Assembly: GCA_010093605.1 (NCBI GenBank)
Contig: MU004198.1
Coordinates: 1,180,726 to 1,244,725 of the forward strand
Direction of reading: 5' to 3'
Source: Lophium mytilinum
Taxonomy: Eukaryota
Length of the DNA: 64,000 bases
Both the position numbers and the translations under genes were made by a program. A model generated the notes under the pieces. That model had not been told where the DNA came from. It did not search any database and was given only the letters and a program-made list of their open reading frames with translations. Position 1 is the stretch's first letter. Every line of letters begins with the position of its first letter. Below are positions 61,945 through 64,000 of this stretch, in pieces.

Positions 61945-63285
61945 CTAGAGCTTATCATAATCATCGTCGTAGTACTTATCGCCCCCCTCGTCTGCAGAGT
62001 AGTCACCCCGCTTCTCCCAGTCGTGGCGTCTCGCATTGGTCTCCACCTTCGCAATGTCCGACTTGCCGTCTTTCACGCCGACATAGCTGGTCAACCTGCC
62101 GTTCTTCACGATCTCTATGTTTACCACGAAGCTCGGTCCGAAGGGGGGCGGAACCCAATCCCCGACTCTCAGTCGATCCCACTTCTGCCACGTTGAGCGC
62201 TGGAACCATTGAGCTATCCACTTGGTCGGCACAGCCCACGTAATATCACGAACGTTTTCGGGTTTTGACAAGTCCAAGGCTTTCCAGAGTTGGCCTTTCG
62301 TAGTAGTCTTCTTAGCCTCGAAGGTAACTCCGGGGATAGACCGAACCTTGCCCTGCCAGTGCTTCGTCTCGCTGCCATCGGGAAAGGCATCTACGTAATT
62401 AGCCACCAAGGGCCCAGCCGGATCGATCCGTATCTTTTCCGCCGACCCCGTGATTGGGTATATGAGATGTCCAAACACCCACTCTTCCCAGGAAAATCCG
62501 AGCTCTGCTGAAGGATCGCCCTTCTGATGGAACGGTTCGTCGAACCGCCGCTGATAATACAACGGCTGGGAAACGAACCACGCGGCGTGTGCAATTTCAT
62601 GGACGAGAGTGACTGCAAGTATGAACCAGAAACGGATCTTTGAAGCCATATTCGCTTCTGGAAACTTATTCTTCATCCATAAGTAGTACTCGTAGTTCAG
62701 CACCACCACAGGGAGGAACTGACGATCCGGGAATCGAGGATTATGGACAGGTTCTGCGTCGGGCCAGGTTGTAGGATGCGTGGAACTGTACCAAGGAAAG
62801 ATTCTACGCTCGGCCCATGTCCGTCCGTACGTGAAGTCAGCTTCTCGGATAGGGGGTTGAAAGGCGATGGTGATATTCTTGCTCAAGCGTAATAAAGCCG
62901 AAGCGGCCAGATCGAATGCACGTCGAGTATGCTCTGCATTGTTTTCTCGGAGATAAGAAACCCCGGTGGCGTAGTTGATTACGGGGTTCCCAGTGTACAT
63001 GTGACACCACCATGGCAATAGACATTTGGTGGTGATCAGCTTGGAAGCGAGCCTGAGCGCTGGCAACATTCGGTCGTAGTGCAGGTAGTCGGGGCGGCCT
63101 TTAGCCCCTCCACTTAATCCAGCATCGGTCCGAATCCATCGATCTTGCGCGAACATAGGATGAACGGGACCAGTGAGATCGGGCGCCGTCGCATTATCCA
63201 ACCTCCATGCTCCAGAAGTTCGCAGCTCGGGCTTGTGTTCCATGAAAGTGTCGTAGACCAGCTTTTCCACGGTGTGAGTGGGCAT
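61945..63285 (-). CDS. Hypothetical protein with HEXXH zincin-like motif
   Basis: Long intronless ORF containing LAVTLVHEIAHA followed by EPF..AELGFSWEEWVFG. First ATG at 63285. Confidence 0.72.
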   Translation of the reverse strand: MPTHTVEKLVYDTFMEHKPELRTSGAWRLDNATAPDLTGPVHPMFAQDRWIRTDAGLSGGAKGRPDYLHYDRMLPALRLASKLITTKCLLPWWCHMYTGNPVINYATGVSYLRENNAEHTRRAFDLAASALLRLSKNITIAFQPPIREADFTYGRTWAERRIFPWYSSTHPTTWPDAEPVHNPRFPDRQFLPVVVLNYEYYLWMKNKFPEANMASKIRFWFILAVTLVHEIAHAAWFVSQPLYYQRRFDEPFHQKGDPSAELGFSWEEWVFGHLIYPITGSAEKIRIDPAGPLVANYVDAFPDGSETKHWQGKVRSIPGVTFEAKKTTTKGQLWKALDLSKPENVRDITWAVPTKWIAQWFQRSTWQKWDRLRVGDWVPPPFGPSFVVNIEIVKNGRLTSYVGVKDGKSDIAKVETNARRHDWEKRGDYSADEGGDKYYDDDYDKL

Positions 63286-64000
63286 ACTGAGTCTGCGCTG
63301 GTTGGTAGCCGAACTGTCGGAAATGGAAGTGCACGAAGCTCTCTGTGGACAGACGGTGGTGGAGATATTGGTTGTGGTGGTGGCTCTAGAAGTGCTTCTA
63401 AGGTGGAGGATAATGCCATGATGACAAGGACGTCTATAATTTATATGCCAGCCGCGCCTGCTACGAGCATTCACTGCTGTCCGCAGGAAAGGGTGAAAGC
63501 AAAGTGACCAGAGCTTCAAAGACACTGACTATCTGCAGGCGGCAGCAATGCGTCAAGACATTCACCCCGGTGCACGTGTATCTTTCGATACGTGGTAGTC
63601 TACCTTCTAAGCTCCTTGTTGGCGGTCATTAAAGAGCGACCGAGTATAGGAAGTCAACGAAGGTGAGGGAGCAGAGGAGAGCTCTGTCTTAAAATATTCT
63701 GAATCGATGCGATGACTATTCTGCTGTGACTCGAAATTGACACGAGGCTTCTATGACCGCCTCTCGAAAGATGACTTATGACTTACAGTACCAGATCATA
63801 AGTCTAGTCACACCTAATCATCACTGCTGACTCGAATCTTGCTCATTCGCCACTACTGCAGAGGGTACCCTGGCTGCCCCGTGGCCATATGTTCAACAGG
63901 TAGTCTAGTTTGCACTGCTTGAACCTCGACAAGGGCATGGAATTTTTCAAATGCTGTGGGGCGGCCCCAAGTAGTGGCGAAGTGAGTGCGCCTAGACTTA

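Overview
Gene-dense eukaryotic DNA from a filamentous ascomycete (Pezizomycotina). It has short GT-AG introns with CTRAY branch sites, and I saw no transposon, rRNA or complete tRNA. About 21 protein-coding genes can be supported, in order: kelch protein; Aro80-like Zn2Cys6 transcription factor; secreted protein with four CBM-like repeats; HeLo-like/ankyrin protein; a five-gene block of tailoring-type enzymes with no backbone synthase (P450, FAD monooxygenase, NmrA-like, SnoaL-like, DUF1772/anthrone-oxygenase-like); an orphan ORF; Cwf23; a membrane protein; a DHA1 MFS transporter; a CDT-2-like sugar porter; an ATR1/AMF1-like MFS transporter; a pRiA4b-ORF3/MM3350-like protein; a class II peroxidase; a thioesterase; an RluA-type pseudouridine synthase; a Gfo/Idh/MocA oxidoreductase; a RING protein; and an HEXXH protein. 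A HET-domain pseudogene lies between the DHA1 transporter and the sugar porter. The most unusual feature is non-coding. At 6.3-7.2 kb there are three tandem, diverged ~180-bp units, and possibly a fourth. They share an ordered series of hairpins (UUCG tetraloops, + strand G-U pairs, a structurally conserved but sequence-variable middle arm), followed by a U-tract and a Pol III B-box/T-loop motif. This looks like an unannotated multicopy structured ncRNA family. All family calls come from recognising motifs by eye; no database searches or folding programs were run.
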